Below the pieces are notes generated by a model. The model ran no database searches and had not been told where the DNA came from. It worked only from the letters and a program-made list of their open reading frames with translations. DNA of 64,000 bases from Ascidiella aspersa (Eukaryota), in assembly GCA_963924565.1 (NCBI GenBank), contig OZ004609.1, positions 37,262,001 to 37,326,000 of the forward strand, in the 5' to 3' direction. Below, in pieces: positions 37,401 through 51,335 of the stretch. The number at the start of each line of letters is the position of its first letter. The stretch's first letter is position 1. A program made the position numbers and the translations under genes.

Positions 37401-37971
37401 ATACCGACCTCACAACGCAACAATTGGTTTAAAACGTCACGTCCCATCAAGCGTAAGATATTTTAACACACTTTACACGAGAAACCAAGGTAAAGACAAC
37501 ATTATTCATAACATGTACAAAAAACGTTCCAAGAACCTAAAATCAAATAAGGAACTGAAATCACGTTAATATGAATTTTGTACACATATGTGTTTTTACT
37601 AAATCGAAGAGAAAAAAAAAACTGTTAGGCAAAAATCTATTTTAGATTCGGTAAACTTAACCTGAAGTTAACAACAGCGCAAACATATAACACACACAAA
37701 ACCTGAGGATCAGCTTATGAAACCAGCCTAGGGCATTTTCACATTTCAACAACGTTGTTAAAGTTTAAGTCTAACGTTTGCGATGTGCACCTTTTTGTTC
37801 TCATAGCACAACTAATTGGTGTCTGAAGCAGCACATAGCTTTATTACTTTTGCACGGAAATACAGCAACGAAAAACTTCCAGTGAAATTTATAAGCGACG
37901 TGTACATTTTGTTAGTTTCAACGCGCAACCATTCTATAAAGCGTTACTATAGCAGCAGATAGCTCGCCAGG

Positions 37972-38290
37972 GTCCTATTACTTTTGTACGGACATGTAAC
38001 AACTAAACAATTTTCTTTAATCGAAGTGTAGATATTTTTTGGAAATTTTTACACACAAATAACGTAAAGTTAAGTACAACTATGGCTTACAAAGTCCCTA
38101 TTACATTGGTACGTACATATAACAACTAAAATCTCTTCAAGCGAAAAGTGTGTATGTCATTTTAAGAATTTTTTACGCACAAATAACTTAGAGTTACAAG
38201 TACACATACGACTTACTAAACCTTGCACGAGAACGCTTTTGTAATACGTACACTGCACAACAACTAAAATCGTTATTAAGCCAATGGTGT
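37972..38290. repeat. Degenerate tandem duplication, unit about 125 bp, 2-3 copies
   Basis: cctattac..tgtacg.acat.taacaactaaa and ttttac.cacaaataac recur. Confidence 0.7.
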
Positions 38291-41200
38291 GCCAGTGTTG
38301 GAAGGCAAACAGGTGAAACCTGGGCTTCTATTCTTCTCCGCAATCCACGCGTATCGCACCAACCCAGCCCTGAGCTGTATCACCTGACCATGATAAGCTT
38401 AGGGACACGCCACTGTCGCCATGGCCACTTTTGTGCGCTCCGTTTTACGATGTTTGCTTCCCTAGGAGCGTCTCGCTCTAAAACGGACGTTTTTTGGTAA
38501 AATCTCTGTTGAAAGCAGAGTCTCGCAACCGTTTTTTACGGCGACCTGAATATTAAGCCTAAGTATTAAATGGCGAATCAATTCTGTTCATTGAACTTTT
38601 TATAAGTGAACAAAACATAAAACTTTAACGTTAATAAGTCCAAACAAGATATAAGCCATGCTTTCGTAATTTCCTCAAATGTTCCCACTGGGAACGAATC
38701 TCAATTAACCCAACCTGGTGAACTACTGCGGTCGGCGCCCCAATCCTATTCACTGAACTTTTATAAGACAAATAGCATGAATAAGTTCAAGCTTTTAATA
38801 TATCTTGGTTTTCCCCCACAGATTTCTCAAATTTTGAAAAAATCTTGCTCAGAACCAATTTTAACAAATATAACCATTAAAACTACTGCATTCGACCCTC
38901 AACAAAATCCAACGGCCTCCATTTTTGTGTCGCGACCAAAGGTTGAGAAACACTGGATTAAACCAACGTTACGGCCTTCGCAAATCAAACCGCGCAGTTA
39001 TGTGATAAAAAACGTTTTACAGCGATCGTCAAAAATCACGAGTTTCAGTAAATGTTGTTCCAAATTTTGAAGTTGTGTTTTTGTTTGAGGTTGTTTAGTG
39101 CGTGTAGCCGTATTTACACAAGCGGAAAGCTGTTACCTGGAACGATCAACAGTAATGTGTCTGCTTTCGGGGTTGTCAGAACTATTAAATTTTATGAAAA
39201 CCTTTCACTAAAAAACTACAGCTCGCAAGATATTTGACTTGAAATTCGACTGCATGCCATCGCGCCTATATATTTATTGCCGTGCATTTTGGTTTAAACA
39301 TTTATTATATTGACCAGGCCCCAAATTTTACAACAAACCACAGAATACTCAGACGAACTTAATACAAATAAAACGTAAAACAAGCACAATTTTGAAATCT
39401 CACAACACCATCAAACGAATTTAAAGAAGTCATTAGGGCTACTTATATACTGTAAACACAACAAAATCATCCTACAACCCCATCTCTACATACTACGCAC
39501 AAGCCAATACATAACTTGCTAAAATACTTAAAAAAGTGCACTCGTTCCAAAAAAAGTTGCCAGGCCTTTGAAAATGCCAAACTCGTAAGGCGCTTACAAC
39601 ACGGCCACGTTTGCGACCAGAGCCCGTTTAAAGGGAGTCGGCCTGCTAGGAAGTGGCCAATTACTGAGCAGCCAACATAGCAACGTGCAGCACGTTTGGC
39701 TTAACGTAAACACAGACTGTTCAACAATTTGCAAATAGCACCGCCCTTGACAACAAAGTACAAAAACAATTAGAATGGAATCAGCAGTTTAATGAGGTTG
39801 TATATCACCTTAAACTTATTTTTTGGGGGTACATTTTTACCTCTTCTTTAGGCCTTTTAAGATTTGACGCAATATTTATGGATGTAAAGGTCATTTTTTT
39901 AAAAGACGCTTTATACGGTGTTTATAACCATTTAAAACACTTTCATCACTTTTAATTATTAAATCAATTACTCACTCGTGTGGAAATTATGTTTCTTGTA
40001 AAAAAAACTTTTGCTTACTGTTCATTACCGTGAATTTTTCCGGGAACTTAATAAAAGAACCCTTGACACCATACTTTTAACAAGGCTATCTTACAACCCG
40101 TGTCAGTAAAACGCGATTATAATAGGCATCACGAAACGGCAAACTGCGCCAAATTGTTTGATTAACTGCACTGCATTGAAATTGTAAACACAAACTTTAA
40201 ATGAATTGTGCTCATGCAATGCTGAATATGAACTGTCTTTCATACTTTCACAGCTAATTCATTCTACTGCAGAATTCGTCATTATTGAGCATTAGGTGCA
40301 GACAAATTAAAAAACTTATATTGTTCATTAGATAAAATACACATAGCGTAAAACAAAATTCTCACGCTGCACTTTATTCGAATTTTAACTTTAAATTTTA
40401 CGAGTACAAACTGATTGTAGCGTTTTATACAGGTGAACAACAAAATCGTCATTTACTTTGCGGTTCGTGATGCAAAAAAATAACGTCACCCACCAACTTT
40501 TGACGTAATTTGACGAATGTAACAGCGTCAATAAACCTTGCTATGTATTTAAAGCTTGCCCTGCAATTGTTCTAACGGAAATGCTGTACTACGTTTAACC
40601 TTTCTGTATACAGATGAATCATGCAAGGCTACGTAGACCTAGAAAGCGCATAAAAAGCTGTGCAACCGGTAAACGTATTTAACACAGCTTTCTATTTTTA
40701 GCCTTACATTGCATTATTTGAGTTCCTGCATAGAAGTATTTAAATGTGTATACATAGAAGTATTTAAATTGGAAAAACTTAAAATGCATCTAATACACTG
40801 CATACTTTGACTTTAAGTGCATGCGTTGGACTATTTAAGAAAAACTTAAAACAAACTATCCAATGCATTGCATTATTTCAGTTTCATTTCATACATTTGA
40901 GTATTCAAAAACATTTACAGAATTATCTAATACATGTACAGTGCACGTTTGTATCTAACTGCCCTAAAGGCATCAAACGAATTCGCTTTTGAAAGGCGAA
41001 TTAGAATCGCTGTAATTTGTAACGTAATACATTTAAAAAAAAACAGCGAATTCGAATACAATGACTAGCTAAAGATGGACTCAGCAGTAGTATATTGGAA
41101 GTAAATGGCACATCATTCTTGCTAAATACAACCTGTTTGGCTTACAATGATTTAGTATCAAATCATTACACATACCTATCTATACATTTCTCACTGAGGT

Positions 41201-43125
41201 TAGACAAAACAAACCAATTAATTAAGCCAACATAAACCAACTTTTTTAATCCGCGCCTGAATGTTTACTTAACAATTTCCGTTAATCGTTACACACTGAG
41301 TTATTCAGCATGGCCAGTATTCAGAATGCTACCTAAACTGCGCCAAAACATGTAAGTGGTGACACGTTTTAATGTAAACATCACAAAATACACTTGACTG
41401 TAATTTCGGTTTTCAAGCTTTGTAGAACGCCGTCGATCGCACAGTTTATTAGTAACAAAATAAAGATGCTATAAAAACGTTAAACTTGTCAAATTAACTT
41501 CTTGTTTAACTACGCTGCCGTGAAAAAACAAGGATCTAAGATTCTAAGTAAAACCTAATTTTGCTGCCGACTGGTAACCTGGGTTGTATACAATTGTGAC
41601 GACATAATACCGGCTACGCTTGATCTCACTCAGCCTCGCTCAAGTCACGTGACTGATTGTATCTTCACAGGTGCAGTTTTTATTTTAAGTAATCTGAAGA
41701 TGACCCTAGTTCTATGTTTAAACTGCACTGAATGTTCTTTTCTCAAGTTGCCCCTGTAACGCTCATACACAGAGTAATCAGTAAAAGTGCTACTAGTCGT
41801 TATACAGCCTCGGGCCATGTGAGTAGCTATAATCAACTAGCTTGAACTAATGAGACAAGTTTGTAGCCCGTGGCTCTAATATCTCCCTTTCGGTTCGAGG
41901 AGATTTGTGACGATTCAACTTGTGAAAGTAAGTGAGTTTTCGTATCGTTTAACGATTGCGCTGTCCGCCGTAAATGTGATTTGATTAGATTGGAGATAAC
42001 GCCTGTGCAAATTTTACCGCGAAATTTAAATTAGACACCTTGGGAGAATTTGAATATCACTGCACAATTCATATTTAAATAGTAACAATAGCCTATTTTT
42101 TACAGGATGTACAAAGTTTAGCATAACTGCTTCTCTATAGTTTAAAGTATACCTAACAAAAAATGCATAATTCACCATTACCAGTAAAGAAAATAAATGG
42201 CTATTTGGGCAACACGTTTAACATACATCTGTATTTAGACAGGGTTATATAAGTATGCTGTTATTAATTATTTTTGGTCTGTGGTTATTGTTATTTTAAT
42301 TCAATGTAAGTAAAACTTGTAAGTGACTAAATGGCTATTTCAGACATCACTTTAGTTCATAATTTTAATGTATTTAAAGTCTAAAATGTATAAATGTTAG
42401 ACAAGAGATATGCTATTATTGTATTTTCGATTTGATTCACATCAAATGAATGACAATTCTACACACGAATAGAAAATCACCCTCTAATTGTCGCACCCGA
42501 TGATTCAAGCACACAACGGTAATGACCAGGGCTATAGCACGCTTATTTTGCCGCTGAGGCATTTCTCCGCTGATTTACCACGAAACCTGCAGGTTTGCTA
42601 AGCGCTAATTACGCGCTGCGTGAACCGTGCTGTTGACCGGCACTTTTTAGCCGAGTTGAAAAGTTCATTGCTGGCGTTCAAGTTTTAAACCGAAACTGAA
42701 ATAATTGCTGGAAGCTCTAAACTCGTTTTATTATAAAAGTAGTTGAGGGAAATGGGGTTAAACAGGGTCGTGACTGCGTCTAAATCAGGGTGCTTAAATT
42801 AGGGTCCATGGACCCTTTGGTGTTACCGATGATAAAGGCCTAGTGGAAATATTAGTGTATATTAAAACGTAATTATTTTTTTCAAACAAAAGGGTTGATT
42901 AAAAATAAAACGTTTTTGCACTGAATGTTTTTCTACTCTGTTTCACTTTCACATTTTTTAGACCGGAAACAGTAGATTTTTGAAGTCTATTTGTATTGTT
43001 TATTGCACATTTCCTCGAATAAGATAAAGTTCATAAAAGTAAATGCTTTTTGCAAGAAATTCCGAACTAAATTTTAATCAGGTTTTACATTGAAGGACAG
43101 TTTGTTGAACCACTATACACTACAG

Positions 43126-43441
43126 CAGGGCTACTCAACTGGCGGGCCGCGGTTTGAATGCGGACCTTTTCGGTGTTGAATCCGGACCTTATCTGTCTCA
43201 GTATTTACTTAGCAATGCGATTTGATGAGTTTTCTTGGCAAACAATTGCTGCTGTTCGTTGAAAACCCTTTTCTATAGTAACGGGCATTACATAATTCTC
43301 AGTTGAAGCAATGGACATATGTAAATCACACCGTATTACATTTTGTATGACTGTAAATTATTTCACGTCAGTTACAACGCACCTAAGCAAATTTTAAACT
43401 TTTGTAGCTGGACCTTTGCCAAAAATAGTTGAGTAGTCCTG
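43126..43441. mobile_element. hAT-type MITE with perfect 8-bp TSD
   Basis: TIRs cagggctactcaact / agttgagtagtcctg, flanked on both sides by CACTACAG. Confidence 0.9.
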
Positions 43442-46400
43442 CACTACAGTTTTGTTGCATATTCACATAAAGTTTTTTTTAATTATGTTAGTCAGGCCTA
43501 ACTGGACTTTACGAGTTAAATTGCGACAATTGAAGCTACAGCTAAACATATTTTATTTAGTTCGTCCATCTACACTCTACAATCCGTACGGCTGTTAGTG
43601 ACGCAACTTAACTGCATTGGGCGTCATAGTATTCATTCACAGCCCACTTATTACGTCACTTCCTAATGTTTCGAACGTTTAAATTTTCTTTCATTTTAAG
43701 CATTGTAGACATTTTGGCTAAGCTGCAAACTCTTGTATCTCTCAATATACTTTACCGCGTTATTCTACAGTCATTTAGGCGCTTTGTTAAATTGCAGTTC
43801 GAACCTATTGTAAACATTCTTTGCCTTTTTAATAGCAGAGCCAAAATGCATTATTTGTGCAAAATGGTTGGAGGTTGACGCTCTAAGAATATCAAAGGCC
43901 ATACATAAGTAGGTTGCTTTTTGAACGTTTTGAACAACTCTTTATTCATTTTCAACATAAAACTACCAACGTTTTGTCAAGTAAGTAAAATCACGAAACC
44001 AAATATTTTGGGGCATAATTGCTGGAGGTTGTAAAGTAAGACGTAATAAGAATATCAAAGCCCATACAGAAGTAGGTGTCATTTTGGACGTTTCGAATAA
44101 CTCGTTATTCATTTTTTACATTTTGATACTTCTGCCTGGGGGTTGATCTTTTTACGGATTTATTTGTAGTTTTCTTATTTTCGGCAGTATGCAAGGGTGC
44201 TCAAAAAAATATTTCTCAGCTTTCACGGTCTGTGATACGTTACACAGTAACTGCAAATGACCCGTGTGTTTCTTAATATGGAATGCATACTTTGTAGAAG
44301 CGTTAACTGCCTTGTTACGACTATAGCCCACCATAAGGCGCAAATGTTAAGGCATAAATCAAACTTACATTTGCCGCAAAAAACAAACATTGCAAACAAC
44401 TATTTCGGGGTTTAGCTTTGTTTACCGCAAAGAAATCTTGATATACCCGAACTATTTTATCTGAGTGCTGACTGCTAATTCCTCGCTTTGTTTACATAAG
44501 TAGGCTATATTTTAAGAAAAGTTGGACAAGTTAAGTAACCGTTTCGGTCCCTTTCAAGCACCTTTAAAAACACCTCAAAATTCAATTAAGCACCTTTAAA
44601 TTTGCACTATTAACCTGTCACGTCTTGCCAAGCCACAGAATGAACCGCAGATGGCAAGGTATTACTGCAGCCTAACCCAAGCCACGCTAACCAAAATATT
44701 CAGCCCTCGCGTCACATCTCCGGTTCTATTGCGTCACAGTGCGGCAAGTTCCGGTATTGTTACGTGGTGATACGAAACAGACGTTGCGGTCAGGGAACAC
44801 TGCAGCAGGAAAATTCCTGATCTGCTGAAGCCTCTCGTTAAACTGCTTGACCTTGACTTTGCTGACACCGCGATGTAGCGACTGTTGCAGGGGTTTTATG
44901 GAATAAAGCTACAATTAAAAATGATGCACTTTTTCTCTCACGTTCTGGCAATTATTCATGTTTTTATTAATGTGCTATAAAAACATACAGTAAATCGACA
45001 TCATCTTGATAAAGTCGTTTCGATACAAGCTCGTATCGAAACGTCTTAATCAAGATGCTGTCGATCTACTCGACCTTTTTGGCTTTGCAATTCATTATCA
45101 AGCTACATTACAAACCAGTACTGCATAGTGTACCCAACATATAGTAAATTGTTAAATCAGCTATAGATGAAAAGTTTTCAATATTCTTACTTTGTTATTA
45201 TATGCGCCGAAAGTTTATTTTCGGGACGTATCTTGTATTTGCCGGAATTATTTTTGGTTGGGTTTGGATTGGTGTTTGACAAGCTTTTATAACGTATTTT
45301 TTAAATGACTAAGTTTTAGCAAAACAGCCTTTCGCCTGTTACAATCAATACATAAAAAGTTCTATTTTTAACCATCGTGTTTCTATTTACATTAATTAAT
45401 TGAACAATATACATTGCTTCTTAAAATCATTGAGTATTTTTGTGTCGTAAAACCTAATTCCCAATAAAAAAATTAAAATTTAACAAATTTAATCCTTATT
45501 TGCACTAAAAATATGGTATGTCTTGCCTAGCATTAACAAATAGAGCTGCATGGAAAGTTATCCGCATAATGCTGGTGCTTCTTATTAGGCACCTCAACAA
45601 TAGGGCCGGGAATGACAAAGGCTTGCCATTGTTGTAAACAAACGCCGCGATGCGAGAACAATAGAAAAATTACAATGACTAAATGCAACCGCGCGCGGAC
45701 GCTATTCTTTCTCGCGAAATCTATAGCTCCGGGGCGGCCAACACGCGTCTCGCGAGCCGCACTCCGCTCTTCACCCAGTTATATGCGACTCTTACGTTCA
45801 TGTTGGACGTTTGATTTTTTAGAATGTTTCGATTTCATTTGGTTAAGTCATGGATTATTGCCATACTGTTTTCCCAAGGTCATTGTATATATACTATTTT
45901 CGTGCGATCGCTTTGTGGGAGTGAATGAAATGGAGTGCTAGGCCATCCATTGCGTACCACGTGTGGAAGGCGTGGCTCTTAGCGGTTAACCAAGTAACAA
46001 ATGCGACTCTTGGTATTTGATTGGTTGGCCACCCCTGCTATAGCTCTATTGTTTCCTAGAAGCGTGCTAAGGCTTAACTTAATAATATAGTGTGGCGACA
46101 GTTTTGTGACATTGTTTTGTGCATTGTTCAGCCATACTGAAGAGGATACATGTACTCTATATGTGGCTTTAGGAGTTTGTGAATTTAACTATATTTTGTT
46201 GTCCTATGGAAAGAGCAAATTGTCTCTAAATGCACAAATCTTGTCTGATTAGATTCTTGGATTTCAATAATATTCTCTTGGCTTCAAACACTACGATGTA
46301 TATAACGCTTAAACTACATGCTTCTTGTGGTTTTCACTTTAAAAGCTAGAATTTTCCTGCCCACTTCCCCGAAAAACCCTGCATTCGCCCATTGCACAAC

Positions 46401-47464
46401 CAATATTTTGGAAACACACTTAAGAAATATAAACAAAAACAGATATGTGATCTAGCACTACAAGTGGTTAGATATATCTAAAACAATTCCACGTGTAGTG
46501 CTAAAGAGTTGCAGTTACAATTTTTCAGCGTTGCTTCGGTTAACAAAAACGTGGCATACCTATTGTACAGTATTCTTGGTATACGAGTTGCCTTATTATC
46601 CTACATAGCAAATATTAGTTAATATATCAATTAGTTGTTGTTTATTCTCTTATACAGGTGTTTATGTTTATATAGCCTAGTATGTTTTACCTATTTTACT
46701 ATTAACTATTAAGTTTACTTTCTTTTGCATATTTAATTTATTTACAGAAACTGATGATGCCTATTTTTATACGGCTAAAGAAATATTTCTGTAGATCTTG
46801 ACGAATAACTTCATGCCTTATACCTGTTTTACCTAATTGTCTAAACATCAACTCAGATGATAGCAAGATCCTTTCCTTTAAATTTTGCAGGATATTCTTT
46901 AAACTTAAAAGTTTCAGCAAGATAAATAAGGTAAGCACTAAAAATAAACTATTTGTCTAACAGGGGAGGATCCAGGTTTACACTTGACCATGCTCCCCCC
47001 CCCCCCCCCCCTCTTACGATGTACACTTTTTCTATAAAGCTCCGGACAAAAATCGGTCTGAAACATACCATATCAAACCAAAAAAGAAAAACGGCAAAAG
47101 TAAACGAACTGTGTGGTGTTCTTAAGGTTGCTTATTTACGACGTCACACTAAGCTGTAAGGTTGTGACAAACGGACTTTAAGGGAAGTTTTGTGAGGTCA
47201 CTGTATGACGTACTTTTGTGACGTTGCGCCTGAAAAAATTCCAAGCCACATAGGAAAAACCTTGGATAACTTCTACCAAAACAAACAATTCTTTTATGAA
47301 GATCAACTCGATTTATTTACTGATACAGTGTAATTTCAAAAACTCCAAACTTTAAGCAGAAAATGCTTCATTAAGGGTAAAAAACCCGATTATACGCTCA
47401 ACTTGGCGCAACAATTATTTACGACCTGTTAAAAGTACGATACACAATTTAACAGCAAAATAAT

Positions 47465-47740
47465 CTAGCAAAGCTGGCAATTCAGGTCAGACACAATAAA
47501 CAAATCTTTAAAGATATATATATATATTTCTCCAAACAAGGCATCGGCAGTATATCTTATTCAAATAGAACAGGACGATGCCTTGATTGGCGAAATAAGT
47601 ATATATATCTTTAAAGATTTGTTTATTGTGTCTGACCTGAATTGCTAGCTTTCCTAGCGTTAATGATCAGGAATTAAGGTCGACATTTATCTTGCAAGGG
47701 CCAAGGTGATTTCCATTATTCACATATTCAGTGCAACATA
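47465..47740. mobile_element. Hairpin repeat family D
   Basis: About 85-bp inverted arms (caattcaggtcagacacaataaacaaatctttaaagatatatat...) plus tail aaggtcgacatttatcttgcaa...cacatattcag. Second copy at about 17410-17670. Confidence 0.8.
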
Positions 47741-49930
47741 CAATTTAACGCTCAAAATTCACATGGACGTGGTTAAAAAAACCAAGCACAAAAACGAATT
47801 AACCAAATACATCGTACATGATAAAAAAAGTCATTAAAAGGTTCTGGTATGGAGTACTTTGTAAACGAACCCAAATACAAGGCATGCGAAAGCATTTGTG
47901 AAACGGAAAATCGCAGTCTGCATACGAACATTTTTGTCAAGTGTTATTTGATTGGTAGACACTGATTTGGCAGAATTTTTAATCCAATACCAACCATAAA
48001 AATAAGTTAAAAAAAATAATTCCATACTAACCATAACAAAAACTAAAAATAATTTTTTTAATTTTATACCAAGCATAAAAAAAATAAAAATAAATTTTTT
48101 AATTTAATACCAACCATAAATGATTTCAAAATAAACAAGGAATACCAAATTATTAGAGACATAACTCACCAGAATGACAATTATTTATTTTAAACTTTGC
48201 ACACTGTAACGTACCTTTGTCTGAATAGAACATTTATCAAGGGTTTTAGATTAAATATATAATTAAAGTTCATAGGACAACTAGCTTTCTATAGTCTTAG
48301 TCGTGGTGTACAAGAACATAATTATACAACAATGGAAAAAAGTGTCAAAAACGTGTAAAAATAATAAGTCAATGATACAAATACGAAGTTGTGTGCGATT
48401 TTATATAAAACAAACAATTAAGATAAAAGTTGCACCTTTTTTTTCTTGCACTTTTTGTAAATTCCCCCGGTATAAACGCAAACCCATGATAGCTTTAACG
48501 TGTTCCTACGTCAGATAATATCGTATTCAATGCCCCTTACTAAGTGGTAGTTCCAGTACATGTCCAATAATATATAGTGTAGCACTGTCGCCGATACGAC
48601 ACCAAATTACCTTAAACTTTAGGCTTTGTTTACGCCCCAACGCAGTTTTCTGCACTGAATGGTAATTTTTTAGAAAAAAAATAAATTAACAATCAGAGGT
48701 AACTAAGCTTCAAAACATTTAAATTTGGATTAACAACCGGGAAAACATTTCATTTTCACGTCGTTATCTTTTGTTTTTTTCTGAAAGTCATTTAAATTAT
48801 TTTATGTGCAACTTAAGTTATCTTTTTCCACCTGCCTTGAACCTGACCCACGCACAGCACACCGTTTCTTTATCTCTGTAAGCATTGTTTGGTTAACAAT
48901 ATTAATTTCCTCACATATTTTTAAACAAAAGCAAATTGTGAAAAAAAAACGAAAAAAAAACATAATATTCAACTTATTAGACCCCAGCAAAGATGTTATT
49001 TCGTATAGGATGGGTAATTTTTGTCCAAAATATCGGGTACAGGCGTTGGAATAAAACACGGAGTAATTAAATACAGAGTATTGGACATCCTTAAAAAACA
49101 TATAAGGGTTCTAACCGGCAATAGAAAGTTATTGAGTATCTGTCACCAGCTTGGTTTAAAACTGCGGGAATTGCAGCTTTAAACCTTTTCATACTTGTAC
49201 CGTAACTTAACGCTTTACACATTTCATGAACAACCAGTGGATTTCATTTGCAACACAGCACTTATGACCGCCTAAACGTTTTAAACACTTTAAGCAGTCA
49301 TTCTGAATACCGCGAAACTTTTAGTAGTTTTGCAAAAAAAACATTTGTTGAAACTTGGACGTGTTAATCAGATAAAACTGATATTATTGTGGTACTTGCT
49401 TCCTATCTTGGTGTGTAGCAAGGGGTGATTTAAAAGTTATAATTGTACGTTTTGGAGCATAACAACTAATAGTTAGAGGTTGTAGTAAAACGTTTTAGGA
49501 ATACAAATCCTATCCAGCAGTAGTCAGCAGTTTGAACGTGTCGAAAAACTCTTTACCCATTTTCAACAAAAAGAGTTCGAAACGCTTAAAATTATATTTC
49601 TGTATGGGCTTTGATATTCATACCACGTATAAATGTACGGTTTTGAAAAAAAGGAAGTGGCCAATTGTTTTTATTTTTAGTGAGTTTGAAACCACTGTCT
49701 TAACTTTGTGGAACTTTTGAAGTTCGTTAAATAATTTACTACTTTTGGTAATAATTTCCTTAAAACCTATAAAAAACGAAAATGCTATCAATTGCGCATT
49801 AAAATATAATGAAATCTTAAAATGCGTTTTTTTTTCACACCAGTCTGCAATCCTAATCAGGATTTTAGAACAAACAGCTTTTCAGAATTGTCGTTTACAG
49901 TAAAAAGTCCATTCCAAGTGAGTGTAACTT

Positions 49931-50080
49931 CTAATCGATGCTATTTGCGATTTGCCTCATCTTGTTCGTTATTTCGTTCCGGAGCGTTGAGAAGCATTTA
50001 ATCCAGGCCTGCACAGTATCCGAACCCGAGCTTAGGCCCAGGCGTTCCTGGATGACGTAGAGAAGCACCGGGAACAAATA
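49931..50080 (-). CDS. Gene 4 (globin) exon 4: G7 to H helix
   Basis: tttttcAG|, phase 0. YLFPVLLYVIQERLGLSSGSDTVQAWIKCFSTLRNEITNKMRQIANSID* contains the H-helix AW motif. Confidence 0.9.
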   Translation of the reverse strand, partial: YLFPVLLYVIQERLGLSSGSDTVQAWIKCFSTLRNEITNKMRQIANSID

Positions 50081-50691
50081 CTGAAAAATAATTACCACTT
50101 TTAGACGCTAGAGAGCACAGTTAAAAACTATTTAAAAATATGCCGCTGTTGGTCGCTAGAGAGCATAATTTCCTAATATAAATATAGGCCACTGACAGCA
50201 CCAGAGATTCACCGACATTAAATACGTGCGGTTGTTAAAGAGTTAAATCAGTTGACTTTAAAAAGGGTTTAACAACTCGTCGACCCTGATTCAACTTATG
50301 TAAGACAGGTACAGAAAACAACAACATGTGAAACCATAATTACTGAGGTCGTGAGTTCAAATCTCACCACAGTTCGAAACATTACTATATTCAATTTTTT
50401 ACTGTATTTTATTTATTTATCTGCACGACTTTAAAATCATTAAGACATTTCCATAATAAAGCCAGCAGTGTGGCTAAAGTTGAAAGCGGTCTTGATAAAG
50501 TCTTAAGTATCAAATTGTAGGTTTGTTAAATATACTCTATGATCCTTTTCAGTTTACGGTATTCATTGATTCATACAATTTTTGAAGGTTCATATTATAG
50601 AGGGCCGGAAAGGCCTACCAAAATCAGTCGGTTTGGCCAGGATGATTGTGTCTTTAGCCTGGCCTGTGTCTTTAGCCTTGCTTACACATAA

Positions 50692-50874
50692 AGGCCCGTT
50701 TACACTACAGCTGCACTGAGCTGAGCAAAGCGTAATTTACTTATTTAAATTCTATTGTGGCGGGCGTTTCACGATTTGCTAAACCCAAGCCCCGTGCAGC
50801 TATAAAAAAACGTTACGTTTGGAGCGATTTTTACGCCCAGCGCAGCTCAGCGCAGCTGTAGTGTAAATGGAGCT
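50692..50874. mobile_element. MITE with about 35-bp TIRs (PIF/Harbinger-like), globin intron 3
   Basis: ggcccgtttacactacagctgcactgagctg...cagctcagcgcagctgtagtgtaaatggagc. TSD ambiguous. Confidence 0.75.
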
Positions 50875-51214
50875 GATCAGGCTGACTAATTCCGGTAAGC
50901 CGTTTCAAAGTTTAGATCGTGTGTAACAAATGTCCCCGCAAAATCTTCGCAGTTACCTCCAAGTATTCTGAATTTTTTACCTTCTGTTTTACTTTGTTGG
51001 CTACTGTCGGTGTTTTAATGACTTAAGTCAATGACTTGACTTAAATGCACTTAAGTCACTGTTTTCAAATGGCTTGAATTGAATTTAGTTTATTTAAAAA
51101 TGGCTTGACTTAAAATTAATTTTTTTTACAAATGACTTACCTAAAACTTAAGTCATTTTCGACTTGTTGGCTAGTAGGGTTTGTGAATAAAACTTCCCTA
51201 TATTTTCCAGTTAC

Positions 51215-51335
51215 CTCGAAGTATTCCGGGTCCACCCTCTTCCTGTGGTGAATTTCACCAAGATCCTGAACAAGTTTGTTCAACTCTTCTGGTCGGTCGA
51301 GGTATTCCACGTACTTCGTTATGGAAACGGCGATG
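51215..51335 (-). CDS. Gene 4 (globin) exon 3: E10 to G6, proximal His F8
   Basis: ttttggcAG| phase 2, GAG|GTAACT phase 0 (G7.0). IAVSITKYVEYLDRPEELNKLVQDLGEIHHRKRVDPEYFE. Confidence 0.92.
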
